Source: Obrimoposthia wandeli
Lineage: Eukaryota
NCBI GenBank assembly: GCA_977020255.1
Contig: CDROCS010000253.1
Location: 2,914,001-2,978,000, forward strand
DNA: 64,000 bases
Direction: 5' to 3'
The notes beneath the pieces were generated by a model, which was given only the letters and a program-made list of their open reading frames with translations, was not told where the DNA came from and made no database searches. Position 1 is the stretch's first letter, and every line of letters starts with the position of its first letter. This document shows positions 50,325 through 58,585 of the stretch, one piece after another. The position numbers were made by a program, and so were the translations under genes.

Positions 50325-51446
50325 ATGTCAGGAAATACCTTCGGAAAGTTATTTACAGTCACCTCGTTTGGTGAAAGTCATGGTTTAGGATTAGGCGCTA
50401 TTATCGATGGTTGCCCACCCGGACTTGAATTATCTGAAGCTGACTTACAAATCGATTTAGACAGACGTCGCCCAGGCACCTCTCGATATACTACGGCTCG
50501 CAGAGAAGCGGATGAAGTCAAAATTCTTTCAGGCGTATTCGAAGGTAAAACCACAGGCACGCCTATTGGTTTAATGATTGAAAATACCGACCAACGTTCA
50601 AAAGACTATGGCAACATTGCCGACAGTTTTCGTCCAGGCCATGCAGATTATACTTACTGGCAAAAATACGGATTACGTGATTACCGTGGTGGTGGGCGTT
50701 CTTCTGCGCGTGAAACGGCGATGCGTGTTGCTGCAGGCGCAGTGGCAAAAAAATATTTAGCCGAAAAATTTGGCATGACTATCCAAGCCTGTGTCACTCA
50801 AATTGGTGATATTGTTGCCAGTGGACCAAATGGCACACCGTTTGATGTTAATACTGTTGATTGGGCAAGCGTGGAAGACAATCCATTCTTCTTTCCAGAT
50901 GAGACTAAAATTGAACAACTTGGTGAGTACCTTCGTGGCATCATCAAAGAAAAAGACTCTATTGGCGCAAAAGTGACCGTTGTAGCCACTAATGTACCTG
51001 TGGGCTTAGGTGAGCCTGTTTTTGACCGTTTAGATGCTGATATTGCTCATGGTTTAATGAGTATTAATGCCGTGAAAGGTGTTGAAGTCGGTGATGGTTT
51101 TGCCGTGGTAAATCAAAAAGGCTCCGAGCATAGAGATGAACTTACCCCTGAAGGGTTTTCAACAAACCATTCGGGTGGTGTTTTAGGTGGTATTTCATCA
51201 GGTCAGCAAATTATTGCACATTTAGCCCTTAAACCTACTTCAAGTATTGGTGTAAGTGGTAAAACTGTAGATTTAACTGGTGAAGCGACTGATATTATTA
51301 CTAAAGGTCGTCATGATCCTTGTGTTGGTATTCGTGCGGTACCTATTGCAGAAGCAATGTTAGCATTGACTTTAATGGATCATTTTCTACGTCACCGTGG
51401 ACAAAATGCAGATGTTCAATGTAATACACCAGACATTGAAGCATAG
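50325..51446 (+). CDS. aroC: Chorismate synthase
   Basis: [29 protein letters not shown]. Confidence 0.99.
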   Translation: MSGNTFGKLFTVTSFGESHGLGLGAIIDGCPPGLELSEADLQIDLDRRRPGTSRYTTARREADEVKILSGVFEGKTTGTPIGLMIENTDQRSKDYGNIADSFRPGHADYTYWQKYGLRDYRGGGRSSARETAMRVAAGAVAKKYLAEKFGMTIQACVTQIGDIVASGPNGTPFDVNTVDWASVEDNPFFFPDETKIEQLGEYLRGIIKEKDSIGAKVTVVATNVPVGLGEPVFDRLDADIAHGLMSINAVKGVEVGDGFAVVNQKGSEHRDELTPEGFSTNHSGGVLGGISSGQQIIAHLALKPTSSIGVSGKTVDLTGEATDIITKGRHDPCVGIRAVPIAEAMLALTLMDHFLRHRGQNADVQCNTPDIEA

Positions 51447-51462
51447 ATAATAACAGTCTTTA

Positions 51463-51495
51463 GTTTAGTGAGTAGATCTCAGTTTACTCACTAAA
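51463..51495 (+). other. Hairpin between aroC and the MFS gene
   Basis: GTTTAGTGAGTA-N9-TACTCACTAAAC. Confidence 0.55.
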
Positions 51496-51539
51496 CCCCT
51501 GCATTAGTTCCTTTTCTTTTCATCGTAAGGCTCATACGC

Positions 51540-52715
51540 TTGATTCCTTTCAACATGATGTTTGTTCGATTATCTTCGAGTTACTTCTTTTATTTTGCGC
51601 TACTGGGCTTAATTTCCCCCTATTTGTCTATTTTCCTTGATGGACAGGGTTTTACCTCTCGTCAAGTGGGTGAAATTCTTGCCATTATGACCGCGACAAA
51701 AATTATTGCGCCAAGTTTATGGGCAACACTTGCGGATAAAACAGCAAAACCTTTATTCATTATTCGACTCGGTGCTTTGTTAGCGTTGTTTAGCTTTAGC
51801 TTGCTTTATTGGTTTAGCCATTATTGGCCAATCACCTTTTCTTTGGCACTTTTTACCTTATTTTGGACCGCCATTTTACCGCAATTAGAAGTGCACACGT
51901 TAAACTCGATTAAGCAAAGTAGTAAAATTTACGCGCGTGTGCGCTTATGGGGAAGTTTGGGATTTATCGTCTTAGCTGTATTGGCAGGCGAGGCAATGAG
52001 CAGCCTAGGCTATCAAGTATTTACCAGCTTAGGTGTTATTATTTTAGCCTGTCTTTTTGGCAGTACCTTGCTTTTAACCTCGAAAAAATCGGTAAAGCTA
52101 GGCAAAGGAAAGGCAAAAGTTCTAGCCCCCATTTTTAATAAACTCATCGAAGGACGTTTTGTTCGCTTCTTTATCGCAGGTTTATTATTGCAAATTAGCT
52201 TTGCCCCCTATTACGGTTTTTTTGCACTGTTTTTACGTGATTTTCACTACTCAGGCTTGGCCGTTGGCTTATTTATTTCATTGGGCGTTGTTGCCGAAAT
52301 TGTTGCTTTTATCTATATGGGCTCATTATTTAAACGCTTCTCTTTAAACTCATTATTAGTGTTTAGTTTGGCCATTACTGCTTTACGTTGGTTTTTGATG
52401 CCTGTTGTTGCCGACTCAGTATTATGGCTTGGGATAATTCAATTAGGCCACGCCGCCAGTTTTGCTATCTATCATAGCGCCAGCATGAAGTTTATTTCTT
52501 CGCACTTTACTAAGAGCCAGCAAAGTCGAGGGCAAGGTATCTATTTAGGTGGTGTGTATGGTATTGGTGGTGCTATAGGTGCTTATTTTACTGGCATACT
52601 ATGGCTAGACGGGCAGGGCGCGAGTAACGCTTTTATCATGGCAGGCACCAGTGCTTTACTTGGCGCGATAATTATGATTTTCAGTAAAAAACAAATGAGT
52701 CATTCGTTTGGCTAA
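51540..52715 (+). CDS. MFS transporter (HcaT/MFS_1-like)
   Basis: About 12 TM segments, YARVRLWGSLGF, GVVAEIVAF; usual neighbour of aroC. Confidence 0.88.
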   Translation: MIPFNMMFVRLSSSYFFYFALLGLISPYLSIFLDGQGFTSRQVGEILAIMTATKIIAPSLWATLADKTAKPLFIIRLGALLALFSFSLLYWFSHYWPITFSLALFTLFWTAILPQLEVHTLNSIKQSSKIYARVRLWGSLGFIVLAVLAGEAMSSLGYQVFTSLGVIILACLFGSTLLLTSKKSVKLGKGKAKVLAPIFNKLIEGRFVRFFIAGLLLQISFAPYYGFFALFLRDFHYSGLAVGLFISLGVVAEIVAFIYMGSLFKRFSLNSLLVFSLAITALRWFLMPVVADSVLWLGIIQLGHAASFAIYHSASMKFISSHFTKSQQSRGQGIYLGGVYGIGGAIGAYFTGILWLDGQGASNAFIMAGTSALLGAIIMIFSKKQMSHSFG

Positions 52716-52774
52716 GCCATTTTGCTGTATAGTATTTAACAGTGATACATTAACTTAAGAATGAAGGTCATCAT

Positions 52775-53176
52775 ATGAAATATCTCTTCGCTAAAAAAAT
52801 TGCCACAACAATCGTTCTTGCTTTGACATTCGCCACCACATGGCAAGTTTCAGCTAAAGATATTAGTCAAAGCCAACTGCAACAGCTTATGACAAATGAC
52901 AAGCAGGTTGTAGTACTCGATGTTAGAACCGTGGCAGAGTTCGAAGACGGCCATATACCTAACGCAGTCAATATCCCACATAAAGAGCTTGAGGCTCGAT
53001 TAGCCGAACTGTCGGGCGTGAAGAACACCCAAGTCGTTATCTATTGTCGTTCAGGTAGAAGAGCAGAAGTTGCCAGACAAGTATTGGTGAAAAGTGGTTT
53101 TAATCAGTTAGACCATTTATCAGGTGACTTTAATGAATGGAGCAGTAACAATTTACCGACTCAAACAGGTAAGTAA
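52775..53176 (+). CDS. Exported single-domain rhodanese (PspE-like)
   Basis: Signal peptide, LDVRT..EF..GHIPNA, YCRSGRRA. Confidence 0.9.
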   Translation: MKYLFAKKIATTIVLALTFATTWQVSAKDISQSQLQQLMTNDKQVVVLDVRTVAEFEDGHIPNAVNIPHKELEARLAELSGVKNTQVVIYCRSGRRAEVARQVLVKSGFNQLDHLSGDFNEWSSNNLPTQTGK

Positions 53177-53205
53177 ATACTGAACTATTAATCGTTGAAA
53201 CGAAT

Positions 53206-53251
53206 AAAACCACTTTATTTATTAACTGTTTTTAATAAATAAAGTGGTTTT
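53206..53251. terminator. Bidirectional terminator
   Basis: AAAACCACTTTATTTATTA...TAATAAATAAAGTGGTTTT. Confidence 0.75.
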
Positions 53252-53300
53252 TAATTTTAATTGAATACTAAAGCTAAGTTACATAGCTATATAACTTAGT

Positions 53301-53465
53301 TATACCAGTTTCATTAATTAAGTGATCTATTTTATACGTAGGAAAAAACATCAAATACAAGGCATTTATTTTAATAACTAGTTGTTCTAATTATTAAATA
53401 AATAACGACGTAGTTGGTGATTTTAACAAGTAGAAATGATCACATAGTTAGTGAGATTGGTATTA
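53301..53465. mobile_element. MITE, 165 bp, TA(A)TACCA-type ends
   Basis: TATACCAGTTTCATTAATTAAGTGATC / GATCACATAGTTAGTGAGATTGGTATTA imperfect terminal IR; central 50-nt module. Confidence 0.72.
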
Positions 53466-53831
53466 AGCAATATATGCTTTTACGGGTGACCAAACAGCTA
53501 ATTCATTGCCACTAGGCTCGGTAAAATGAAAGCGCCGTCCACCAGGAAAAGAAAAAATAGCTTGGCTAATAGTACCGCCCGCATTCTTTACACGTCGTTC
53601 GGTAGCCTCTAAGTTGTCACTGAGTAAAACCAATAAACAAGCTCCATTGGTCGTACTTGATACGAGTTCAGACAAAAAGAAACCGCCTTCAATACCCGAA
53701 TTACTAAAGGCAGTATACTCTTCACCATAATCTATAAATGACCAAGCAAAGACACGTTCAAAAAAAGCTTTAGTGGCGGGAATGTTTTTTGCGGGTAACT
53801 CTACATAATTAATTACTTCGCGGGGTGTCAT
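53463..53831 (-). CDS. VOC/glyoxalase family protein
   Basis: INYVELPA, FGWS-like AWSF.DYG..Y, FSFPGGRRFHFTEPSGNELAVWS. Confidence 0.9.
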   Translation of the reverse strand: MTPREVINYVELPAKNIPATKAFFERVFAWSFIDYGEEYTAFSNSGIEGGFFLSELVSSTTNGACLLVLLSDNLEATERRVKNAGGTISQAIFSFPGGRRFHFTEPSGNELAVWSPVKAYIA

Positions 53832-53990
53832 AAATAAGCTCTCCTATTTGATAGATACTATAGCTCAGTGTTTACTTTTTTGGGACTTGCAAAAAATTTC
53901 AGCGGCATTTTCATATCCCCAGTAATAAACTTAACTTTATTCTCCAACCATCTATCAGCTCAAGTACAGACTAAAGCGTGATGGGTAATC

Positions 53991-54197
53991 TTACTTATAC
54001 CAAATACTGACCACAATTGTTGATGGTTGAAATGATCCGCCACTTTGAGATTGAGTGATATTCTGAATCCTAATATTTGGTTGTGTCGCTAACCAAATAT
54101 TAATTTCACCTTCTAAACCGTGATCTGTTGCGGTATCTGATTTCGGCAGAAAGCCTATTTTTGGTCGTAAAATCTTAGTAAATATTTTAACTTCCAT
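53991..54197 (-). CDS. Small hypothetical protein (68 aa)
   Basis: Fits the co-directional gene run; MEVKIF...LEGEINIWL...SIWY pattern. Confidence 0.6.
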   Translation of the reverse strand: MEVKIFTKILRPKIGFLPKSDTATDHGLEGEINIWLATQPNIRIQNITQSQSGGSFQPSTIVVSIWYK

Positions 54198-54339
54198 GAT
54201 ATTTCCATACTTCTAATAGAGTTGATAAGCGACTGAACAATAAAGTCAATAAATCATAATTACATTAGTACTAGCCGTGTCATTAAGCTAAATACAATTG
54301 GCGATAATTGTCACTTATTCAAGTGAACTGAGTATAAGT

Positions 54340-55122
54340 TTATATATTTATTTCACCAGACATATAATCTACCGCACTTCCCGTTAAAATAACGCGTTCA
54401 CCTTTTAACTCACAATGCACTATGCCACTTCGATTCGAAATTTGGCGACCTATTAACACCGATAGATTCAATTGAGAGCTCCAATAGGGCGTTAATTCAC
54501 AGTGAGCGGATCCAGTAATAGGATCTTCATTTACACCAAGCTTAGGAAAAAAACATCGACTCACAAAATCAACATCGGTTCCAACAGCCGTTACCACGAC
54601 ACCTCGAAGGTCAAGCGCTAACCATTTAGAAAAATCGGGCTTAAGATTTTTAACTTCCTCCTCACTATCTAAAATAATTATATAGTCGAAAGAGGCCATG
54701 ATTTTTTTAGGTACAACGCTGCCTAGACCAGTTAATAAATTAGTGGGTGCATCAATAATGGCTGGATGAGAAGCTGGGAAGTCCATACTGAAACCTGCAT
54801 CATTTTTTGTGACAACTAATTCACCACTTTTAGTTTGAAATTTTATCATTGGTGATTTAAAGGCTAAGTGTTTATATAATACGTGGGCAGCGGCTAAGGT
54901 GGCATGGCCGCATAGATCTACTTCACCTCTTGGTGTAAACCAACGAAGCTCAATGCCTTGTGCAGTTGAAACAAAAAAAGCCGTTTCTGATAGATTATTC
55001 TCTTCTGCTATTTTTTGAAGAATGTCATCATTTAACCATTCGTCTAATGGACATACTGCGGCAGGATTTCCTTCAAACACGTTTGATGCAAAGGCATCAA
55101 TTTGATATATCTTTATTTTCAT
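54340..55122 (-). CDS. PhzF family isomerase/epimerase
   Basis: DAF...GNPAAV, SETAF, EVDLCGHATLA, EDPITGSAH. Confidence 0.93.
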   Translation of the reverse strand: MKIKIYQIDAFASNVFEGNPAAVCPLDEWLNDDILQKIAEENNLSETAFFVSTAQGIELRWFTPRGEVDLCGHATLAAAHVLYKHLAFKSPMIKFQTKSGELVVTKNDAGFSMDFPASHPAIIDAPTNLLTGLGSVVPKKIMASFDYIIILDSEEEVKNLKPDFSKWLALDLRGVVVTAVGTDVDFVSRCFFPKLGVNEDPITGSAHCELTPYWSSQLNLSVLIGRQISNRSGIVHCELKGERVILTGSAVDYMSGEINI

Positions 55123-55190
55123 GAAATTCCAAAGGGCTATTTATAATAAAATCTAGTTAGTGCTTAGCTAATATCAATTTTAGCGGTTAA

Positions 55191-55559
55191 CTAACGTTGA
55201 GAGGAAACAGAAACGGCGAAGCGCCATATATCATCTACTTCTCCTATTTCTAGCGTAGATTCACCACCTTCAGGGCATAGAGTGAAGCTAGGGTAGAAGA
55301 AAAAATCACCACAGGAAATATCATTTTCAATAAGGAGTGTTTTGTCGGGTTGTGCTGAAACTTTACTTGAATAGGTGCAGTTATCATTGTGCACTTGCTC
55401 CCAATGTCCTTCAATAAGTTTCAATTTGGAACTAATTAGTATTTTATCATTATGTTTCACCGTGGCAGTGAAATGATACGTTTGACTCGCAATAACATTA
55501 ACGCTTGTGACGAAAAGCAATAATGTCAGCAATTTTATATTCATTCTTATGACATCCAT
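55191..55559 (-). CDS. Hypothetical secreted protein (start may be 55544)
   Basis: Signal-peptide-like MNIKLLTLLLFVTSVNVIA; three Cys. Confidence 0.65.
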   Translation of the reverse strand: MDVIRMNIKLLTLLLFVTSVNVIASQTYHFTATVKHNDKILISSKLKLIEGHWEQVHNDNCTYSSKVSAQPDKTLLIENDISCGDFFFYPSFTLCPEGGESTLEIGEVDDIWRFAVSVSSQR

Positions 55560-55585
55560 ATATTAGTAAAGTACTTATTAAAAGG

Positions 55586-55951
55586 CTAAATCCACGCTTG
55601 CTTATCTGAGGATACCGTAAGTTCACTTTGAGTTCCCCCAGTATGAGCTGTAGATGAAGGTTCCACCATCATAAAGTGAGTATCTGGATCTGCTTTCGGG
55701 CAATGCTCAACCCCTTTAGGTACAACATACATTTCACCCGTGTTAAGTACAATATCTCCAGTTCTTAATTGTAAAGTAAGTTGCCCTTTAAAAACGATAA
55801 ACAGTTCATCTTCGTTATCATGCTTGTGCCAAACAAGCTCACCGTTACCCTTAGCTATTTTAACCAACTGGCCATTTGATTCAGCTATAATTTTTGGTGT
55901 CCAATCTTCTGTGAATAATTCAAATTTTTCACTAATATTAATTTTATTCAT
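55586..55951 (-). CDS. Cupin domain protein
   Basis: WHKHDNEDELF, GEMYVVPKGVEHCP. Confidence 0.92.
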   Translation of the reverse strand: MNKINISEKFELFTEDWTPKIIAESNGQLVKIAKGNGELVWHKHDNEDELFIVFKGQLTLQLRTGDIVLNTGEMYVVPKGVEHCPKADPDTHFMMVEPSSTAHTGGTQSELTVSSDKQAWI

Positions 55952-55966
55952 TTGATTAACCTTTGC

Positions 55967-56036
55967 GTATAGCGCCTAAATAACTGACGAAAGCTGTGTA
56001 ACGAAGCCAACTGTATTTTTCAGTTTGATGTTTACG
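55967..56036 (-). mobile_element. Degenerate attC-like site
   Basis: Minus strand ...AAAAATACAGTTGGCTTCG...CAGTTATTTAGGC-GCTATAC; the core site deviates from GTTRRRY by T to C. Confidence 0.5.
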
Positions 56037-56259
56037 TACTTTTAACGAGTAAGTGAGCGGTAAGAATAGGGGTTAACTCTTTAATTAAATTGATCACATT
56101 GTCACTACACTGATTTAATAAAACCCAGCCATCTGTGCCCATAATCTCAATTGAGTCGATATCTATTTTATAAGCTTCCAAATTTTCGTTACACCATAAA
56201 CCTGAAATACGGAAAATACCTAAACTTGTATTGAGTCGACTGATATTAAAATTATTCAC
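56032..56259 (-). CDS. Hypothetical protein (75 aa)
   Basis: GTG start overlaps the upstream TGA; ends at the attC-like site. Confidence 0.6.
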   Translation of the reverse strand: MNNFNISRLNTSLGIFRISGLWCNENLEAYKIDIDSIEIMGTDGWVLLNQCSDNVINLIKELTPILTAHLLVKST

Positions 56260-56582
56260 AAAACTTCAGGTAAAGATAATAATCGCATGCCCAAGCCAAG
56301 AGAACTAATAATTATACCGGTTAAAGTTATATATTTCTGTGTGTTAGCGTTGAACAAAATTGGCGTTTGGGTTTCTTCGAACGCAGACTTTAAAGACATA
56401 GAAAACATCTTAGGAATCAAGCCAACGCTAAAAAAAGTTATTGCTACACCTGTAGAAATAATTAAATTATCTAAAGCACTTTGAGAATTTAAGAAATAAT
56501 ACCAACTAATACTCAGAAATATAAAGCTAGCTCCCCAACAAAACAGTACGACTAATTTTTCTTTGAATAATAAATTATTCAC
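56256..56582 (-). CDS. Hypothetical membrane protein (about 3 TM)
   Basis: AGGAG RBS; GTG start embedded in the GTTAGGT core-site sequence at 56581-56587. Confidence 0.65.
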   Translation of the reverse strand: MNNLLFKEKLVVLFCWGASFIFLSISWYYFLNSQSALDNLIISTGVAITFFSVGLIPKMFSMSLKSAFEETQTPILFNANTQKYITLTGIIISSLGLGMRLLSLPEVL

Positions 56583-56625
56583 CTAACTCTCCTTGTCTAT
56601 TTTATTGTTAAATAACATTAACACA

Positions 56626-56866
56626 TCATTTTATTAAACCAGTTAACACTTTTATATTTTCAAAAGAACAATTTGGTAAAATGTGGTACTTTTCACACCC
56701 GCTATTTAATATGGGAAACCTTTTTATAAATTCTGATGAAGCTAAAAGTATATTTGCTGTTTTACTTAATTCTTCTGTTATTGGCCGAGACATTAAAGTT
56801 TGAATAAACGTGTTACTACACCCTACTATAAAATGACTTTTCAGGCTCTATGAACTTAAATGTCAT
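56626..56866 (-). pseudogene. Possible frameshifted cassette gene remnant
   Basis: MTFKFIEPEK..* in one frame, then an overlapping open frame of about 75 codons (..VGCSNTFIQTLMSRP..LTGLIK*) without its own good start. Confidence 0.3.
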
Positions 56867-56898
56867 CCTTCATTTTCCACTTTGGATAAACTATACAG

Positions 56899-57023
56899 CC
56901 TCAACTCGCTTACTAAGCGGCTAAGTAGCGTTGGTTATAATCGCGCCTGTCATTGATCGTAGTGGTAAGAAATTGTGGACACATTGGCGATACAGTTGTC
57001 CACCTCAGGGCGTGTTGTTAGGT
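56899..57023 (-). mobile_element. attC site (125 bp, partly degenerate)
   Basis: Minus strand ACCTAAC...TTAGCCGCTTAGTAAGCGA-GTTGAGG, starting 2 nt after the lipoprotein stop. Confidence 0.7.
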
Positions 57024-57025
57024 TT

Positions 57026-57565
57026 TTAGTTTATAATTTGAGTGAAATAATTATCAAGAGAAATAGAAGAATGTCTTGTTTCAGGAGTTTCTCCAAGATT
57101 TGAACCAGACTTTTGACCAAAATATAATTTTTCACTATCAATATAAATTAAAGTGTAATTCGGGGTGGAATCGCTATTATCTGAATTATAAATAAAAGTC
57201 TCATTTAGACCGTAGGCTTCAATACTTTCTTCACTTATAACTTTACCTGTAATTTCAAATTTCGAGATATCAATAGTATCAAACATCATTGAATCACATT
57301 CGGTATCAGTTGGACGGAAAAACTCTGTTCTATAAGTGGATTTCAGCGAAGAATCTATACTTAACCTAATGTTAACGTTCCATAAAACTATTGGGTCGTC
57401 ACTCGATAAATTACTGTAAGGAAAACATTCTTTTTTCCAAGAAGTATTCGATAAATTTACTATAGAGTCTTTTTTTGATGTTTCAGTAGCAGCATCTCCT
57501 TCAGAACCACCACAAGAAAACAAAACTATTGACGAAAGAGCAATGATAATCGATATATTTTTCAT
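57026..57565 (-). CDS. Cassette-encoded lipoprotein, unknown function
   Basis: GGAG RBS, MKNISIIIALSSIVLFSC lipobox; flanked by attC sites. Confidence 0.8.
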   Translation of the reverse strand: MKNISIIIALSSIVLFSCGGSEGDAATETSKKDSIVNLSNTSWKKECFPYSNLSSDDPIVLWNVNIRLSIDSSLKSTYRTEFFRPTDTECDSMMFDTIDISKFEITGKVISEESIEAYGLNETFIYNSDNSDSTPNYTLIYIDSEKLYFGQKSGSNLGETPETRHSSISLDNYFTQIIN

Positions 57566-57588
57566 TTGTACTCCATATTCTGATAAAA

Positions 57589-57645
57589 ACCTAACGCCCA
57601 TTTAAAAGCCAACGGTCATTGTCCTTTTTGAATGGCTTGTTATGC
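57589..57645 (-). mobile_element. attC site (57 bp)
   Basis: Minus strand GCATAAC-AAGCCATTCAAAAAG...CTTTTAAATGGGC-GTTAGGT, with inverted inner arms. Confidence 0.85.
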
Positions 57646-57649
57646 CTAA

Positions 57650-58204
57650 TTACACTTGTTTCGGCTTTTCTTCGTGAACAAGCATGTTCATGAATTTTGC
57701 AAACCGCCTTAGTCTGGTTTGGGGTTTCTTAGCACTTATCAACCCGTACGCAATAACATAGCGACTAGATTTATTGAGAGTTTCAAAAAACTCTTTAACA
57801 TTCGGATTACTCTCCAGTGCAGCTAGGAAATCCGCGGGTACTTCCATTTCACTTACCACATAGGCGTTTTCCCAACGACCGTCCGCTTTTTCAGCTCGAA
57901 TATGCACGGGCCCTGATTCCATCATCCGGCTTTCATTTATTAAACGTTCCGCATGTTCTGTGTTCCTTTTAGACCAATTGCTTCGCGTTTTTCTGGGAGT
58001 AATGCGCTGAAGGTAGGCTTGGTCATCGATTGACTTCTTAGCTCCGTCGATCCAACCCCAACATAGAGCCTCGATCACGACATCATTCCAAGTCACGCTC
58101 GGAGTCCCAGTATTTTTCTTGTATATCTTCACCCATAGTTCACTCTGAGATGCGTGATTTTCCTTGATCCACTGGCCAAGATCTTTAGGTGTTACAAATG
58201 TCAT
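57650..58204 (-). CDS. YdeI/OmpD-associated (bacteriocin-protection) family protein, cassette-encoded
   Basis: ELWVKIYKK, EALCWGWIDG, TPRKTRSNWS, AKKPQTRLRR. Confidence 0.88.
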   Translation of the reverse strand: MTFVTPKDLGQWIKENHASQSELWVKIYKKNTGTPSVTWNDVVIEALCWGWIDGAKKSIDDQAYLQRITPRKTRSNWSKRNTEHAERLINESRMMESGPVHIRAEKADGRWENAYVVSEMEVPADFLAALESNPNVKEFFETLNKSSRYVIAYGLISAKKPQTRLRRFAKFMNMLVHEEKPKQV

Positions 58205-58537
58205 GATTCACTATGGATCAGGTTCAGGCATCAAATTAGATTCTCTTCGGCATAATAATTTTATTATGAGGCAAAGTACCTTCTTTCTACAAGAGGTGAT
58301 AAATCGTCCATAATTTATTATGGAAAGAGATTACTTTATTGTTCTCTTTGAATCAATAAGTTAAGAAAATGTATTGAGTGGTTGATGTGTAAAAGAAGAT
58401 AATTTGAGCTTTTTCTTGTAGAAAAAAAGAATTAAGGGTTTCTGTGTGGATATACGGCATGCATAAATAAACATTAATACTATTTTGCTATTAAAATAAT
58501 TTTTTGAAACGCGTTAAACTAATTCATGACCTAGATC

Positions 58538-58572
58538 AAAAAATGCGACTCAGTTGCCATAAGTCGCGTATT
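58538..58572 (-). terminator. Intrinsic terminator of pfaE
   Basis: Minus strand ACGCGACT-N11-AGTCGCAT-TTTTT. Confidence 0.7.
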
Positions 58573-58585
58573 ACTTAAATAATGC

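Noticed and set aside
53929-54340. attC sites around the VOC, 68-aa and PhzF genes
   Set aside because: Only isolated GTTRRRY-like 7-mers without paired arms; too weak to call.
58244-58324. dif site (CATAA...TTATG palindromes)
   Set aside because: dif needs a 6-bp spacer and a TTATGTTAAAT XerD arm; the spacers here are 8 and 4 bp and that arm is absent.
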